Shown: positions 1-10,707, counted from the first letter of the whole stretch. The stretch: 63,952 bases of DNA, filler included, from an uncultured bacterium (GCA_964609495.1; 4 parts of 4 records of this genome joined end to end with filler, not necessarily neighbours in it), one strand, 5' to 3'. The notes: generated by a model not told the origin, from the letters alone. Translations and numbers: made by a program.

Positions 1-2
1 CC

Positions 3-539
3 GGACTCGGTTTAAGCATCGTCAAGGAGATGGTGGAATTATTAGAGGGAGATATTCGTGTAGAGAGCGAGATAGGGGAGGGAACTACCTTCACCGTTCG
101 CCTGCCATACCTACCTGCTGAGGAGGCCGTTATCCCATCTCCTCTACCTACCCAGGAGAAGGAATTAAAGTTAGATAAGACGATCCTAGTTGTAGATGAC
201 GAACCTGACACCGTCAGGGTTTTGGAAGTAATAATGGATAAGTTGGGGTGTGTGATCTTAACCGCTTTTGATGGGTTGGAAGCGCTAGAGATACTGAGAA
301 GTTATCCTTCCATTGATCTAATATTTCTGGATTTAAGGATGCCAGTGAAGGATGGCTACGAGGTAATAGGGGAGGTGCGCCAGGACCGTCGCTTTTGGGA
401 TTTACCGATCATCACTGTATCAGCCGAGGGTAGGGAGGCGGAGATCGAGAGGGCGATGGATTTGGGAGCCAACGGACATATTATAAAACCATTTAAGTTG
501 GAGGAGCTATCCGATATAGCGAAAAGATGGCTGGGGTAA
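3..539 (+). CDS. Hybrid sensor histidine kinase, C-terminal part (end of HATPase_c plus receiver domain); 5' end outside the window
   Basis: Frame is open from position 3 ([30 protein letters not shown], the G2 box), followed by a REC domain ([20 protein letters not shown]). Confidence 0.9.
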   Translation, partial: GLGLSIVKEMVELLEGDIRVESEIGEGTTFTVRLPYLPAEEAVIPSPLPTQEKELKLDKTILVVDDEPDTVRVLEVIMDKLGCVILTAFDGLEALEILRSYPSIDLIFLDLRMPVKDGYEVIGEVRQDRRFWDLPIITVSAEGREAEIERAMDLGANGHIIKPFKLEELSDIAKRWLG

Positions 540-736
540 AGCATCCAGGTAATTGGCATGACAAAGAGGCGGGATAAATATTCCTTTAATAATAAATAGG
601 GACATCTCAAAAATCTCGATTATGATTGCATTCCAGATCAAGATTCTTCAAATTCAGTAATAGGTGGACTTCCATAATTAAAACATCCCACCTTTTATAG
701 TTTTGTTTCATTCCTCTTATATCCCTAAAATTTATA

Positions 737-787
737 TTGACAAAAATCTAAATCAATGTTATAATATATATAGATATTTTGATATAT
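737..787 (+). promoter_or_regulatory. Sigma70 promoter and probable ArsR operator
   Basis: TTGACA(737)-17 nt-TATAAT(760), followed by the AT-rich imperfect palindrome ATATATAGATATTTTGATATAT upstream of arsR. Confidence 0.8.
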
Positions 788-801
788 GGATGTGAATTGC
801 T

Positions 802-1155
802 ATGAGAGATATAATAATGGTTTTCAAAGCCCTATCGGATGAAACTAGGATTAGAATATTGAAGCTTTTAGAGAAGAGAGAGCTTTGCGTCTGTGAATTA
901 ACTGAGATATTAGGAAGCGCCCAATCCACGGTATCTCGACATCTCAGGATCTTAAAAGATGCTGGTCTGGTGGATGATATGCGCGATGGACTCTGGGTTA
1001 ATTATCGCCTCTCGAAGGAGGAGGTAAATCACTACGCAGAAGACATATTGAGACTTATCTCGACTTGGTTGAATGAAGATCCTAAGGTTACAAAGGACTT
1101 AAATAAAGCTGAAACTATTGATCGTGAGGATATCTGCGCAAGAACGCTTAGATGA
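802..1155 (+). CDS. arsR: ArsR/SmtB family metalloregulator
   Basis: FKALSDETRIRIL, ELCVCEL metal-binding box, SQSTVSRHL-type HTH; upstream of acr3. Confidence 0.93.
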   Translation: MRDIIMVFKALSDETRIRILKLLEKRELCVCELTEILGSAQSTVSRHLRILKDAGLVDDMRDGLWVNYRLSKEEVNHYAEDILRLISTWLNEDPKVTKDLNKAETIDREDICARTLR

Positions 1156-1166
1156 AATTTTTAAGG

Positions 1167-1265
1167 CGTGTTTAATCTTCCTCCCAAGCTATTGAGAATA
1201 AGAGGAAAAATGTTTTAATTTGGAGAATATCACTGAGGATAAAGAAATTTTTGAGATTAATCACG
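1167..1265. repeat. Small element with 12-bp imperfect inverted ends (possible MITE scar)
   Basis: CGTGTTTAATCT (1167) and AGATTAATCACG (1254) are inverted with one mismatch. Confidence 0.35.
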
Positions 1266-1428
1266 TAAGATGATAATATGAAAGAGCGGGATTTTTTATT
1301 AATAGTCTTGGAAACAATAGACTTATAATTAGCTTATAGTGTGCAAAGTAGCGATTCACTTCCTTACAATTTGGATTAGGGTAAGGAAGAGGGAAAACTA
1401 GAATAAAGCCCAGTTAAGGGAGGATAAG

Positions 1429-2559
1429 ATGAGCAAGGCGATAACCAAAGAAAAGAAATTAAGCGTATTCGAGAAGTATCTGACTCTCTGGGTTCTACTT
1501 TGCATAGCGGTGGGAATAGGTCTAGGGAGGATCGCGCCAGGGTTGGCTAAATCCCTCGATAACATATCTATCGCTCAAGTATCGATCCCGATCGCTATCT
1601 GCTTATTCTTCATGATGTATCCAATTATGGTCAAGATCGATTTTTCCGAGGTGATTAAAGCAGGAAAGACTCCCAAGCCAGTTCTCCTCACTCTATTTGT
1701 GAACTGGTGCGTTAAACCATTCTCGATGTATGCGATCGCTACTCTATTTCTAGGATATATCTTCCGAGGTCTATTGCCCGGCACAGAGATCATCAAGACT
1801 GGCGAGGAAGTTATGCTCTATCGCAGTTACATCTCTGGAGCTATATTACTCGGTATAGCTCCCTGTACTGCGATGGTGCTGATGTGGTCATATTTAGCGA
1901 GGGGTAACGATGGGCATACTCTCGTGATGGTAGCGATAAACTCTCTAACGATGCTCTTCCTCTATGCCCCCTTAGGAGGATTCTTACTCAAGATAAATAG
2001 AATGCCTATTCCCTGGGAAACTATCGTTTTATCTGTGCTGATCTATGTAGCACTTCCGCTAGTAGCTGGCTACTTCTCTCGTAAGGAGATAATAAAGCGC
2101 AAGGGGATGAGATGGTTTCAAGAGAATTTCTTACACCGCTTAACCACAGTCTCGATCATAGCTCTACTCGCTACCCTCATCCTCCTCTTCTCTTTTAAAG
2201 GAGAAGTGATCGTTAAACAACCCCAGGCGATAATTCTGATCGCAATACCGCTCTTCATTCAAACGAGTATCATCTTCGCCTTAGGATACTTCTTAGCTCG
2301 GCTGTTAAAATTGACCTATGAAGATGCCGCTCCCAGCGCTATGATCGGGGCGAGCAATCACTTTGAGGTCGCTATCGCTACTGCGATCACCCTCTTTGGA
2401 TTAAGCTCTGGGGCAGCGATGGCTACCGTAGTGGGAGTATTGATCGAAGTGCCAGTGATGTTGGGATTAGTAGCATTTTGCAAGAGAACAAAAGGATGGT
2501 TCACCTCGACGAAAGAAATAGGAGAATCTCGGATCGAAGAGGCTCTAGTAGGTGATTAA
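1429..2559 (+). CDS. acr3: ACR3 family arsenite efflux transporter
   Basis: [41 protein letters not shown] and [10 protein letters not shown] motifs; multiple TM helices. Confidence 0.95.
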   Translation: MSKAITKEKKLSVFEKYLTLWVLLCIAVGIGLGRIAPGLAKSLDNISIAQVSIPIAICLFFMMYPIMVKIDFSEVIKAGKTPKPVLLTLFVNWCVKPFSMYAIATLFLGYIFRGLLPGTEIIKTGEEVMLYRSYISGAILLGIAPCTAMVLMWSYLARGNDGHTLVMVAINSLTMLFLYAPLGGFLLKINRMPIPWETIVLSVLIYVALPLVAGYFSRKEIIKRKGMRWFQENFLHRLTTVSIIALLATLILLFSFKGEVIVKQPQAIILIAIPLFIQTSIIFALGYFLARLLKLTYEDAAPSAMIGASNHFEVAIATAITLFGLSSGAAMATVVGVLIEVPVMLGLVAFCKRTKGWFTSTKEIGESRIEEALVGD

Positions 2560-2562
2560 GAG

Positions 2563-2799
2563 ATGAAGTTATTGCAGAAAGCCAAGGATAAGTTCGCAGG
2601 AACAGTTGAACAGCGTAATTTAGAGAAACTTATCAAGCGCTCCGATCTCCTCCTTATAACAGGAACAGTTGCGGTAAACGATTCTCTTGATCAGATAGTT
2701 GAGATGACGAATGATAAAACTTACCTATTTTACGGGACAACTATCTCCGGAATAGCTGAGTTATTGGGGTTAAGAAGATATTGCTTTTACGGGAAGTGA
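2563..2799 (+). pseudogene. Internally deleted remnant of a DUF364-like (Rossmann-like, putative metal-chelation) protein
   Basis: 78 aa; the C-terminus (SDLLLITGTVAVNDSLDQI...FYGTTISGIAELLGLRRYCFYG) resembles the end of DUF364-type proteins, which are much longer. Confidence 0.5.
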
Positions 2800-2855
2800 T
2801 ATATAGGGAATGCTGAAAGTTTGTGGGATTGAGGATAGAGAGATCTATTAGGATA

Positions 2856-4847
2856 TTAAGATTGTTCGCTCTTCAAGGGTAGCTTGATAGTAAAGACGGA
2901 ACCTTCCTCGATTTTGCTTTTAACCTCGATCTCCCCTCCATTCCGCTTGATGAGACTGTAGCTAACGGGAAGGCTAAGTCCAGTTTTCCTCTCTCCTGAC
3001 TGGCTTCTGGAAAAGGGGTCGAAGATGTGAGGGATATCCTCCTTCGGAATACCATAGCCCGTATCAGAGAATTCGATGATCATCGCTTCTCCCTCGAGTT
3101 TTACCGAAATTCCCAGCACTCCACCCTTAGGCATTGATTGAAGGGAATTAAGGATCATATTCATCAATACCTGCTTTATTTGACCAGCATCCACTTCAAT
3201 CTTGGGTAGATCAGGCTCATATCCCCTCAACAGTACCACATCTTGAGATACGATCTGGTGTTCTAATAAAGCTAGGTTGCCCTCTAAAATATCAACTATA
3301 TCAGTCGGATTGATATTAGGCTCAGAGGGACGAGAGAAATCAAGGAGGTTTCTAATGATAGATTTGCAATAATTAGCTTCGGCTTCCACAGTCCTCCAAG
3401 GCATAGCCATCGGACCATCCTCCTTAACTCTTTTCAGCACCGCTTGCGAGAATCCCAATATAATTCCAATTGGATTCTCTATCTCATGAGCGATTCCTTC
3501 CGCTAATTGCCCCACTGACCCCATCTTCTCCGCTTGGATCAGTTGCTCTTGGGCATTTCTTAACTCCTCATAAGAGAACTTTAGCTCTGCCATCTGCTTC
3601 TGGATTCTCTCATATAATTGAGCATTTTCGATAGCCAACCCAGTCTGATGAGCGAAAGCCATAAGTAATTTTATATCAACATCTTCTATCGGGCGAGAGG
3701 AGAAGATATTATCCACAATCAACACTCCTAAAGCCTCTCCTTTAGCTATTAGAGGGACCACTGCAAAAGATTCTAGCTGGAGAGCCTCAGCGATCTCCTT
3801 CCCCACCCTCTCTCTATCTGCATCTACCACATTATAAGGCTTCTTCTCAATAGCTGCCCAAGCGATCAATCCCTGTTCCTCTTCTAAAGGTATCCTTAGC
3901 TGAGCTAAAGGTTCTGCTAGAACTCCTACTCCCAGACCATCGGTTAGAACTCCCTCCTCTTCATCGACCAGCAGGATCATCGCTCGATCATATCCTAATC
4001 CCTCGGTCGTCCCTTTCAAAATCAGTTGCAGTATCTTCTTCAGTTCTCGCGTTCCGTGCATACTGGCGCTTACTTGATTGAGAACTGATAATTCGTTGAT
4101 CTGCTTCTTAAGGAGGAAAGGGCTCTCCATCATTTGAATCGTTTTCCTCTTAGGACTAGTTTTGGGACGCCCCTCCCTTATCAACTGGGGATTCCTTCCC
4201 GTTTTGAAGATAAGCTGAATCTCTCCTCCTAGAAGGATTACATCTCCATTCTCCAAGGTCTTCCTTCCGATTCTCTCGCCATTGATGGCAGTCCCATTAG
4301 AACTATGCAGATCGTAGAGGGTAAACTCCCCATTGTGGTATATTATCTGGGAATGCCAACGAGATACGATCAGGTTATCGATCACTATATCATTTATATC
4401 CTCTCGACCAATCGTGATAATTTCTTTAATAATAGGAAAATGTTTGCTCGTCTTCATATTTTCCCATAGAACAAGTTCCGCCTGGATCTCCCTTAGGGTC
4501 TTGGCAGTTTTTAGAGGCGGCTTTTCTTCTTCCAAATCGGCCTCTTCATATCTCAATTCAACTGCTTCCCCCAAGGAGATAATATCCTTATTATTTAATA
4601 ATACCTTTTTATCGATCCTCTTCTTATTAACGAAAGTGCCTCCGGAACTACCCATATCCTCGATAACAAAGTGATCTTCCTCGAATCTAACAACGGCGTG
4701 ACGACGAGATACCTTCCTATCGGTGAATATTATATCATTATCCTCCCCTCGACCTAAATTTATAACTGGTTTAGCGAGATTTAATATCCTAACCTCCCCC
4801 TCCTCCTCCACGATCAACCTTGCTTTCAGATTTACTGGTGGATTCAA
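2856..4847 (-). CDS. FHA-FHA-GAF sensor histidine kinase
   Basis: Two FHA domains (LGRGEDNDI..VSRRHA..SSGGTFVN; IGREDINDI..VSRWHS..SSNGTAIN), a GAF domain, H-box AHEIENP, G1 box DTGYGI. Probable TTG start at 4847 behind a GGGAGGGG SD; the ORF-track start at 4922 overlaps the upstream gene. Confidence 0.88.
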   Translation of the reverse strand: MNPPVNLKARLIVEEEGEVRILNLAKPVINLGRGEDNDIIFTDRKVSRRHAVVRFEEDHFVIEDMGSSGGTFVNKKRIDKKVLLNNKDIISLGEAVELRYEEADLEEEKPPLKTAKTLREIQAELVLWENMKTSKHFPIIKEIITIGREDINDIVIDNLIVSRWHSQIIYHNGEFTLYDLHSSNGTAINGERIGRKTLENGDVILLGGEIQLIFKTGRNPQLIREGRPKTSPKRKTIQMMESPFLLKKQINELSVLNQVSASMHGTRELKKILQLILKGTTEGLGYDRAMILLVDEEEGVLTDGLGVGVLAEPLAQLRIPLEEEQGLIAWAAIEKKPYNVVDADRERVGKEIAEALQLESFAVVPLIAKGEALGVLIVDNIFSSRPIEDVDIKLLMAFAHQTGLAIENAQLYERIQKQMAELKFSYEELRNAQEQLIQAEKMGSVGQLAEGIAHEIENPIGIILGFSQAVLKRVKEDGPMAMPWRTVEAEANYCKSIIRNLLDFSRPSEPNINPTDIVDILEGNLALLEHQIVSQDVVLLRGYEPDLPKIEVDAGQIKQVLMNMILNSLQSMPKGGVLGISVKLEGEAMIIEFSDTGYGIPKEDIPHIFDPFSRSQSGERKTGLSLPVSYSLIKRNGGEIEVKSKIEEGSVFTIKLPLKSEQS

Positions 4848-4881
4848 CTTAGCCCCTCCCGCCGAAAATCGGCAATAACTA

Positions 4882-6870
4882 TCAGTAACAAACTCGATTC
4901 CTCCCCTTATCTTTAGCTGCATATAGCGCCTTATCAGCTAAACCTACCAACTCCTTCTTGATATCGGCATCTTGAGGGTAACTCGCAACTCCCGCGCTTA
5001 GGGTTATTTTCCTAGTAGGAGTGCCATCATCTTGGACAAAATCGCACTTGCTTACCGCTTTTCTCATCCTCTCCGCGACTGTGATAGCCTTCTCCTTATC
5101 GGTCTTAGGTAAGATAACCGCTATCTCCTCTCCCCCATATCTGGCCGGGATATCGGTTTTTCTAGTGGTTGATCTCAGAATATCCGCGATCTTTTTCAAG
5201 GCTTCATCTCCCATAGGATGACCATAGGTATCATTATATCGCTTGAAGTGATCGATATCGAAGATTATCAAAGATACCGGGTAGTGATATTGCCCCCCGC
5301 GAATTATCTCCTCGCCGAGACGCTCCTGGAAATAGCGGTGGTTATAGAGACCGGTTAGCCCATCGGTAACCGACAGCTTCTCCAAATCATTATAAAGCTC
5401 AACTCTCTCCAGAGATATACTAGCTTGGCTGATCAACGTAGTAACCACCCTTAAATCATCAGGATCGAAAGATTCTCCTCCCATCTTATCCGCAAGATTA
5501 AGAACTCCTACCACCTTTCCCTCTTTCAACATCGGCACGCTTAGGAAACTGCTCGTTCGATAGCGGGAGTTAATGTTGGTTCGTCCTATCACCGGATCTC
5601 CCTCCACATTAGTCACCAATAGATGCTTCCCAGATCGAATAACCTGATCAACGATGGAATTTCCCATCTTAATCCTTAATCCCTCGATCACATCGCTATT
5701 GATCCCGCGAGCCACCTTTATCACCAGCTTATCAGTCCCTTCCTCCACCGTCATAAAAGACCCTCGCTCCGCCTGAGTCATATGTATAGCCTCATCTAAA
5801 ACCAGCTTGAAGAGATGAGTAGCATCAAGGACATAGACCATCGATTGGCTCGCTTCGTGCAAAGCGGTAAGCTCCCGGACTCGTTTCTTCATCTGCTCAT
5901 GAAGGCGAGCGTTTTCTATCGCTAGACCAGCCTGGTTAGCAAAGGTCAAGAGCTTCTTTATAGTCTCCTCGGTTATCTCCTCTTCACTATAGGAATTATC
6001 AACCATTAACAACCCCACGATCTTATCCTCATCGATCATCGGAACAACAGCAAAGGATTCTATACCCATATCTTTTATTATCTGAGGATATTGGAAGAGA
6101 TCGCTCTTCAGCGCATCTGATAGGTGATAAACTCTTCCTTCCATAGCCGCCCTTATCACTATCGAATGCTTCTCCGACCTCAGAGGACAAGCTAAGTTCA
6201 CAACCTTTTCCTGCATCTTATTTAATTCTGGGGAGGAGAAATTACCCCGGTATCTATCACTGATAGTGACCATCCTCCCCAGGGCAACCTGTCGCTCTTC
6301 GTCAACCAGCATTAAAATAGCGCGATCAAATCCTAAACTGTTTGTAGCTCCATTCAATATTATCTGAAGGATCTGATCCAAATTCAGGGTGCTGATCATA
6401 GCCTTGGTAATATTATTAAGGATCTCTAGCTCCCTATTAGCCCTTTGAAGACTCTCCAAGAGCTCCTTATTACTTAAGATGAGCTTTCGCTTCTCCACAG
6501 CCTTATCTATAACATTTACTACTTCATCTATATTATCAAACGGCTTAGTTATATAGTCATAAGCTCCATGCCTTATAGCCTTCATTGCCGTATCTAAGGA
6601 GGCATAGGCAGTCATAATCACGATCATTATATCCTCATCTATGCTCCTGAGTTCTTCTAAAACACTGAGACTATCCTCCCCCGGTAGCTTTATATCGGTG
6701 ATAACTAGATCAAAGTTATCATCTCGAGCCATAGAGACAGCCTCTTCCCCAGTGGTAGCGGTCAGTATATCATAATTTTTAGGTTCTAATACGAAGCGAA
6801 AGAGGTTAGGCATACCCTCCTTATCATCGATGATCAGAATTTTAGTTCCTTCTTCCATAGTGCTATTCAT
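4882..6870 (-). CDS. REC-GAF-GAF-GGDEF diguanylate cyclase
   Basis: N-terminal REC (ILIIDD, DLVITDIKLP, KPF), two GAF domains, DGLTGLYNHRYF, DIDHFK, RKTD I-site and RYGGEE active site. Confidence 0.93.
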   Translation of the reverse strand: MNSTMEEGTKILIIDDKEGMPNLFRFVLEPKNYDILTATTGEEAVSMARDDNFDLVITDIKLPGEDSLSVLEELRSIDEDIMIVIMTAYASLDTAMKAIRHGAYDYITKPFDNIDEVVNVIDKAVEKRKLILSNKELLESLQRANRELEILNNITKAMISTLNLDQILQIILNGATNSLGFDRAILMLVDEERQVALGRMVTISDRYRGNFSSPELNKMQEKVVNLACPLRSEKHSIVIRAAMEGRVYHLSDALKSDLFQYPQIIKDMGIESFAVVPMIDEDKIVGLLMVDNSYSEEEITEETIKKLLTFANQAGLAIENARLHEQMKKRVRELTALHEASQSMVYVLDATHLFKLVLDEAIHMTQAERGSFMTVEEGTDKLVIKVARGINSDVIEGLRIKMGNSIVDQVIRSGKHLLVTNVEGDPVIGRTNINSRYRTSSFLSVPMLKEGKVVGVLNLADKMGGESFDPDDLRVVTTLISQASISLERVELYNDLEKLSVTDGLTGLYNHRYFQERLGEEIIRGGQYHYPVSLIIFDIDHFKRYNDTYGHPMGDEALKKIADILRSTTRKTDIPARYGGEEIAVILPKTDKEKAITVAERMRKAVSKCDFVQDDGTPTRKITLSAGVASYPQDADIKKELVGLADKALYAAKDKGRNRVCY

Positions 6871-6938
6871 CTCCCGTATATGAAAGGTATCTTAACATAA
6901 TAAATATTAGGGATATCCCGAACAATATATCATTTAGA

Positions 6939-7053
6939 ATTATACCTTATTACCCTAGTTTTGTCAAGAAATATTCACTCAGGCGATACATATAAATAAA
7001 GAACCTAGAAGCTCCAATTCTCTCTTGACAAATTGGATTCGCTACTATATAAT
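6939..7053. promoter_or_regulatory. Divergent consensus sigma70 promoters
   Basis: Minus strand TTGACA(6967-6962)-17-TATAAT(6944-6939); plus strand TTGACA(7025)-17-TATAAT(7048). Confidence 0.85.
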
Positions 7054-7098
7054 AAACCTATGCATAATATTAGTCGCATTTATCTTAAATTATAAAAA

Positions 7099-7518
7099 AT
7101 GAAGATATACTTTTCTGGCTCAATAAGAGGCGGCAGGGATAGAGCAGACATTTACGCTGATATAGTCGCATATCTTCAGCAGAAAGGATGTGAGATCCCC
7201 TCTGCTCATATCGCTCATCCTGACGTTATGAAATTGGAGGAGACTAGCTTGGATGAAGAGGTCTTCGTTAGAGATATAGGGTGGATTGAGGAGAGCGAAG
7301 TGGTAATCGCCGAAGTATCAACTCCCTCTCTAGGAGTAGGCTATGAGATATGTTATGCTCTTCAATTAGGCAAACCTGTCCTCTGCCTATATCATCAAGA
7401 TCTCGCGATCTCCAAGATGATAAAGGGGAATACCAGCCCCACAATCAAAGTCCGACCTTACTCTGATAGGATAGAGATGATGAAGATAATAGATGAGTTC
7501 CTAGATAGCATCAATTAG
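7099..7518 (+). CDS. Nucleoside 2-deoxyribosyltransferase / deoxynucleoside 5'-monophosphate N-glycosidase (Rcl/DNPH1-like)
   Basis: MKIYFSGSIRGGR, RDIGWI and PSLGVGYEI motifs. Confidence 0.85.
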   Translation: MKIYFSGSIRGGRDRADIYADIVAYLQQKGCEIPSAHIAHPDVMKLEETSLDEEVFVRDIGWIEESEVVIAEVSTPSLGVGYEICYALQLGKPVLCLYHQDLAISKMIKGNTSPTIKVRPYSDRIEMMKIIDEFLDSIN

Positions 7519-7573
7519 AGGATAATAATATGAGGAATTGTAATAAAATCGCTCTGAAGAAGGAGTTAACTAG

Positions 7574-8095
7574 ATGAGTATCTTATTTAAAATTCTATTT
7601 ACCTTTGCCAAGATAGGTACCTTTGGTTACGGAGGGGGGCCGTCAATGCTTCCCTTAGTCGAGGAGGATGTCGTCCAAAATCTGAGATGGCTTACCATGG
7701 AGGAGTTCGCTGATGCTATCGCCCTTGGTAATTCCCTCCCTGGGCCAATCATCATTAAAACTGCCGCTTTCGTTGGCTTGAAAATGGCTGGGATACCGGG
7801 GGCGATAATGGGAGTATTAGGAGTGATGACTCCCTCCCTCATCGCTATGCTAGTTCTAGCTTCCTTCTTCCTCAAGTTCAAAGACCTCCCTAAAATTCAG
7901 TCGATATTAAAGGCGGTAAGACCCGTGATAGTAGCTCTCTTAGCCATAGTGACCTACAGTATGTTCTCCAAGTCAGTTAGCTCTTGGGATACCGCTCTCA
8001 TCGCGGTTGCAACTTTCGGGATTCTGTTATTCTCGAATATTCATCCGATCTTCGCGATAATCGCCGCGGCGATTATCGGATATATTTTCTATTAA
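7574..8095 (+). CDS. Short-chain CHR (chromate transporter family) protein
   Basis: KIGTFGYGGG and SLPGP motifs; hydrophobic, 173 aa. Confidence 0.88.
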   Translation: MSILFKILFTFAKIGTFGYGGGPSMLPLVEEDVVQNLRWLTMEEFADAIALGNSLPGPIIIKTAAFVGLKMAGIPGAIMGVLGVMTPSLIAMLVLASFFLKFKDLPKIQSILKAVRPVIVALLAIVTYSMFSKSVSSWDTALIAVATFGILLFSNIHPIFAIIAAAIIGYIFY

Positions 8096-8112
8096 TATGA
8101 ATCATCTCCGAG

Positions 8113-9627
8113 GTGAATAAGATGCCGATTCTCCTGGGGATAGATATAGGAACTACTGGAGCGAAGTGTCTGGCTATTAATGAGGAGGGCAAAGTTATAG
8201 CCTCGGCTTATCGAGGTTATAAGTTGATCTTCCCGGGCCGTGATCGAGTTGAGCAGAATCCCGAGGATTGGTGGGAGGCTCTAAAGATGACGATCGGAGA
8301 AGTTCTCCAAACCGAGGGGATCAAAGATGAGATCGTGGGATTAAGCCTGTCCACTCAGGGGGGGACCTCAGTCCTTTTGGATGAGCAGGATAGATCTCTC
8401 GGTAACGCTGTAACTTGGTTAGATCGTCGCAATACGGAGGGATGCGAGAAGCTAGTTGAGGAATATGGAATGGATTTCTTCTATAGGAAAACTGGCTGGA
8501 AGTTAGCGGGTTTTCTCTCCTTGGCTCAACTCCACTGGTTCAAGGAGAATGAAACCGAGTTGCTTACGAAAGCGAGGCATATCGTCTTTGTAAATGATTA
8601 TATTATCCACCGTCTTACTGGTCGATATATAAACGATCCCTCAAACTCAGGCGTAACTATGCTATATAATATTAAGGAGGGAAAATGGGATGAAGAGCTA
8701 TTAGAGATAGTTGGCATATCGGAGGAACAACTATCGAGCGTTCAAGAGTCCGGAACCCCAATCGAAACTTTGACTGAGGAGGCTTCAAAAGAGTTGGGAT
8801 TACCTCAGAAGGTAGAGGTGATCTCAGGGGGACATGATCAATATTGTGCGGCTCTAGGAGTTGGCGCTATCTCGCCTGGCGATATACTCCTATCTTGTGG
8901 CACAGCTTGGGTTATCTTGGGTGTTTACGATAAGTTGATCTTGGATAACGAGAGCCACTTCACCCCGGGGAGGCATATTGTCAAGGATAGATGGGGGATG
9001 TTGTCCTCGATCCTCACCGGAGGAGCGGCTCTCAAGTGGTTCATAGATAATCTGGTGAGGGAGAGCTATAGCAAGTTGGAGAAGGAAGTATCGAAAGTTC
9101 CTCTTGGAGCTAATGATCTTCTCTTCTTACCCCATTTGGAAGGATCGACTGTTCCCACTTGGAGCTCTCAAACTAGAGGGGTTCTCCTGGGATTAGAGTT
9201 ATCCCACAATAAATATGATATAGTGAGGAGTATAATGGAGGGAGTCGGGTTTGAAGTCCTCTGGAATATCGAGGCTATGCGCAAACTGGGGATGAAGATC
9301 GAGAAGCTCAAGCTTATAGGGGGAGCCGCCCAAAGTCCATTGTGGTCTCAGATCATAGCAGATATAACTGGCTTGAGCGTCTCTCTGCCAGAGGTTCATG
9401 AGGCCGCCTGTTTAGGAGCGGCTATCCTCGCGGGAGTAGGAGTTGGGATATTCCCTGATGCGGAAAGCGGACTCCGTAGATTGATGATAGAGGATAAGAC
9501 GATCGATCATAATCTCGATAACAAGGAAAAATATAGATCTCTCTTCGATATATATAAAGAGGCTTTTTACAATCTTCAACCGATCTTCACCAAATTAAAG
9601 AGAAAGGATATGAGAGATATCAAGTGA
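8113..9627 (+). CDS. FGGY family carbohydrate kinase (xylulokinase-like)
   Basis: LGIDIGTTGAK, EQNPEDWW, GGHDQ, LFLPHLEG, IGGAAQS motifs. Confidence 0.92.
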   Translation: MNKMPILLGIDIGTTGAKCLAINEEGKVIASAYRGYKLIFPGRDRVEQNPEDWWEALKMTIGEVLQTEGIKDEIVGLSLSTQGGTSVLLDEQDRSLGNAVTWLDRRNTEGCEKLVEEYGMDFFYRKTGWKLAGFLSLAQLHWFKENETELLTKARHIVFVNDYIIHRLTGRYINDPSNSGVTMLYNIKEGKWDEELLEIVGISEEQLSSVQESGTPIETLTEEASKELGLPQKVEVISGGHDQYCAALGVGAISPGDILLSCGTAWVILGVYDKLILDNESHFTPGRHIVKDRWGMLSSILTGGAALKWFIDNLVRESYSKLEKEVSKVPLGANDLLFLPHLEGSTVPTWSSQTRGVLLGLELSHNKYDIVRSIMEGVGFEVLWNIEAMRKLGMKIEKLKLIGGAAQSPLWSQIIADITGLSVSLPEVHEAACLGAAILAGVGVGIFPDAESGLRRLMIEDKTIDHNLDNKEKYRSLFDIYKEAFYNLQPIFTKLKRKDMRDIK

Positions 9628-10172
9628 TTAAGAGGCTAGCAAAATTATTCTATATATTCTTCAAAATTGGAGCCTTTACCTTTGGGGGAGGATATGCTAT
9701 GCTTCCTCTAATTCAAAGAGAGATAGTTGAAACTCAGCATTGGTTAGAGGAAGAAGAATTCCTCGATATTATAGCGATAGTCCAAACTATACCGGGAGCA
9801 ATAGCAGTAAATTCATCTGTTTTCATAGGCTATAAACTATCCGGAATTATCGGAGCGATATTCGCCACTCTGGGAGCTATCATACCATCCTTCGTAGTTA
9901 TATTATTAATAGCAACCTTCTTCGCTAATATTCAAGATGCGAAATTGGTTCAAGCGATCTTCAGTGGGATAAGACCTGCGGTAGCTTCTCTTATATTCAT
10001 CGCCGCCTTTAAACTGGGTCGAGTTCTCAATCGGAACCTATTCAATATCCTGATAATATCCTTATCTATCATCGCTATAGCTATCTTGGACATTCATCCC
10101 ATCTTAGTTATCATATCTGCTGGGACCCTAGGTTTGATAAGGAAAATGGGAGGAGAAGAGAGTGATAATTAA
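9624..10172 (+). CDS. Short-chain CHR family transporter (first of an adjacent pair)
   Basis: FKIGAFTFGGGYAM, QTIPGAIAVN; 4-bp overlap with the kinase gene. Confidence 0.9.
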   Translation: MIKRLAKLFYIFFKIGAFTFGGGYAMLPLIQREIVETQHWLEEEEFLDIIAIVQTIPGAIAVNSSVFIGYKLSGIIGAIFATLGAIIPSFVVILLIATFFANIQDAKLVQAIFSGIRPAVASLIFIAAFKLGRVLNRNLFNILIISLSIIAIAILDIHPILVIISAGTLGLIRKMGGEESDN

Positions 10173-10686
10173 AGATATATTCCTATCCTTTCTGAAGATA
10201 GGAGCCTTCAGCTTTGGCGGTGGATACGCTATGTTGCCTCTAATCGAAGAGGAGATCATCCACAATCATCACTGGATCGATCCTAGAGAGTTTGTCGATA
10301 TCATCGCCATTTCTCAAATGACTCCTGGGCCTATCGCTATCAATAGCGCAACCTTTGTTGGATATAAAGTTTACAGAGTATTAGGTTCCGCGGCGGGAAC
10401 GATAGGAGTGGTTTTAGTCTCCTTTATTCTCATCTTGCTCGTAGCAAGATTTATATTGAAGTTCAAAGAATCATCCCCTATAATAGAGGGGATATTCTCG
10501 GGGATAAGACCCGCGGTGATCGGTCTAATAGCCTCAGCCGCTATCTCCATAGGCAGAACATCAATTGTAGATCTTAAAAGTATCTTTATCGCTCTAGGAG
10601 TGCTATTATTGTTAGCCAAGACTAAACTCCATCCGATTATGGCGATAGTGATCGCTGGTATCGCTGGAGTTGTTCTTTATTATTAG
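10162..10686 (+). CDS. Short-chain CHR family transporter (second of the pair)
   Basis: KIGAFSFGGGYAM, SQMTPGPIAINSATFVG. Confidence 0.9.
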   Translation: MIIKDIFLSFLKIGAFSFGGGYAMLPLIEEEIIHNHHWIDPREFVDIIAISQMTPGPIAINSATFVGYKVYRVLGSAAGTIGVVLVSFILILLVARFILKFKESSPIIEGIFSGIRPAVIGLIASAAISIGRTSIVDLKSIFIALGVLLLLAKTKLHPIMAIVIAGIAGVVLYY

Positions 10687-10707
10687 ACCCTAGCTAAGGA
10701 GCGGAAA

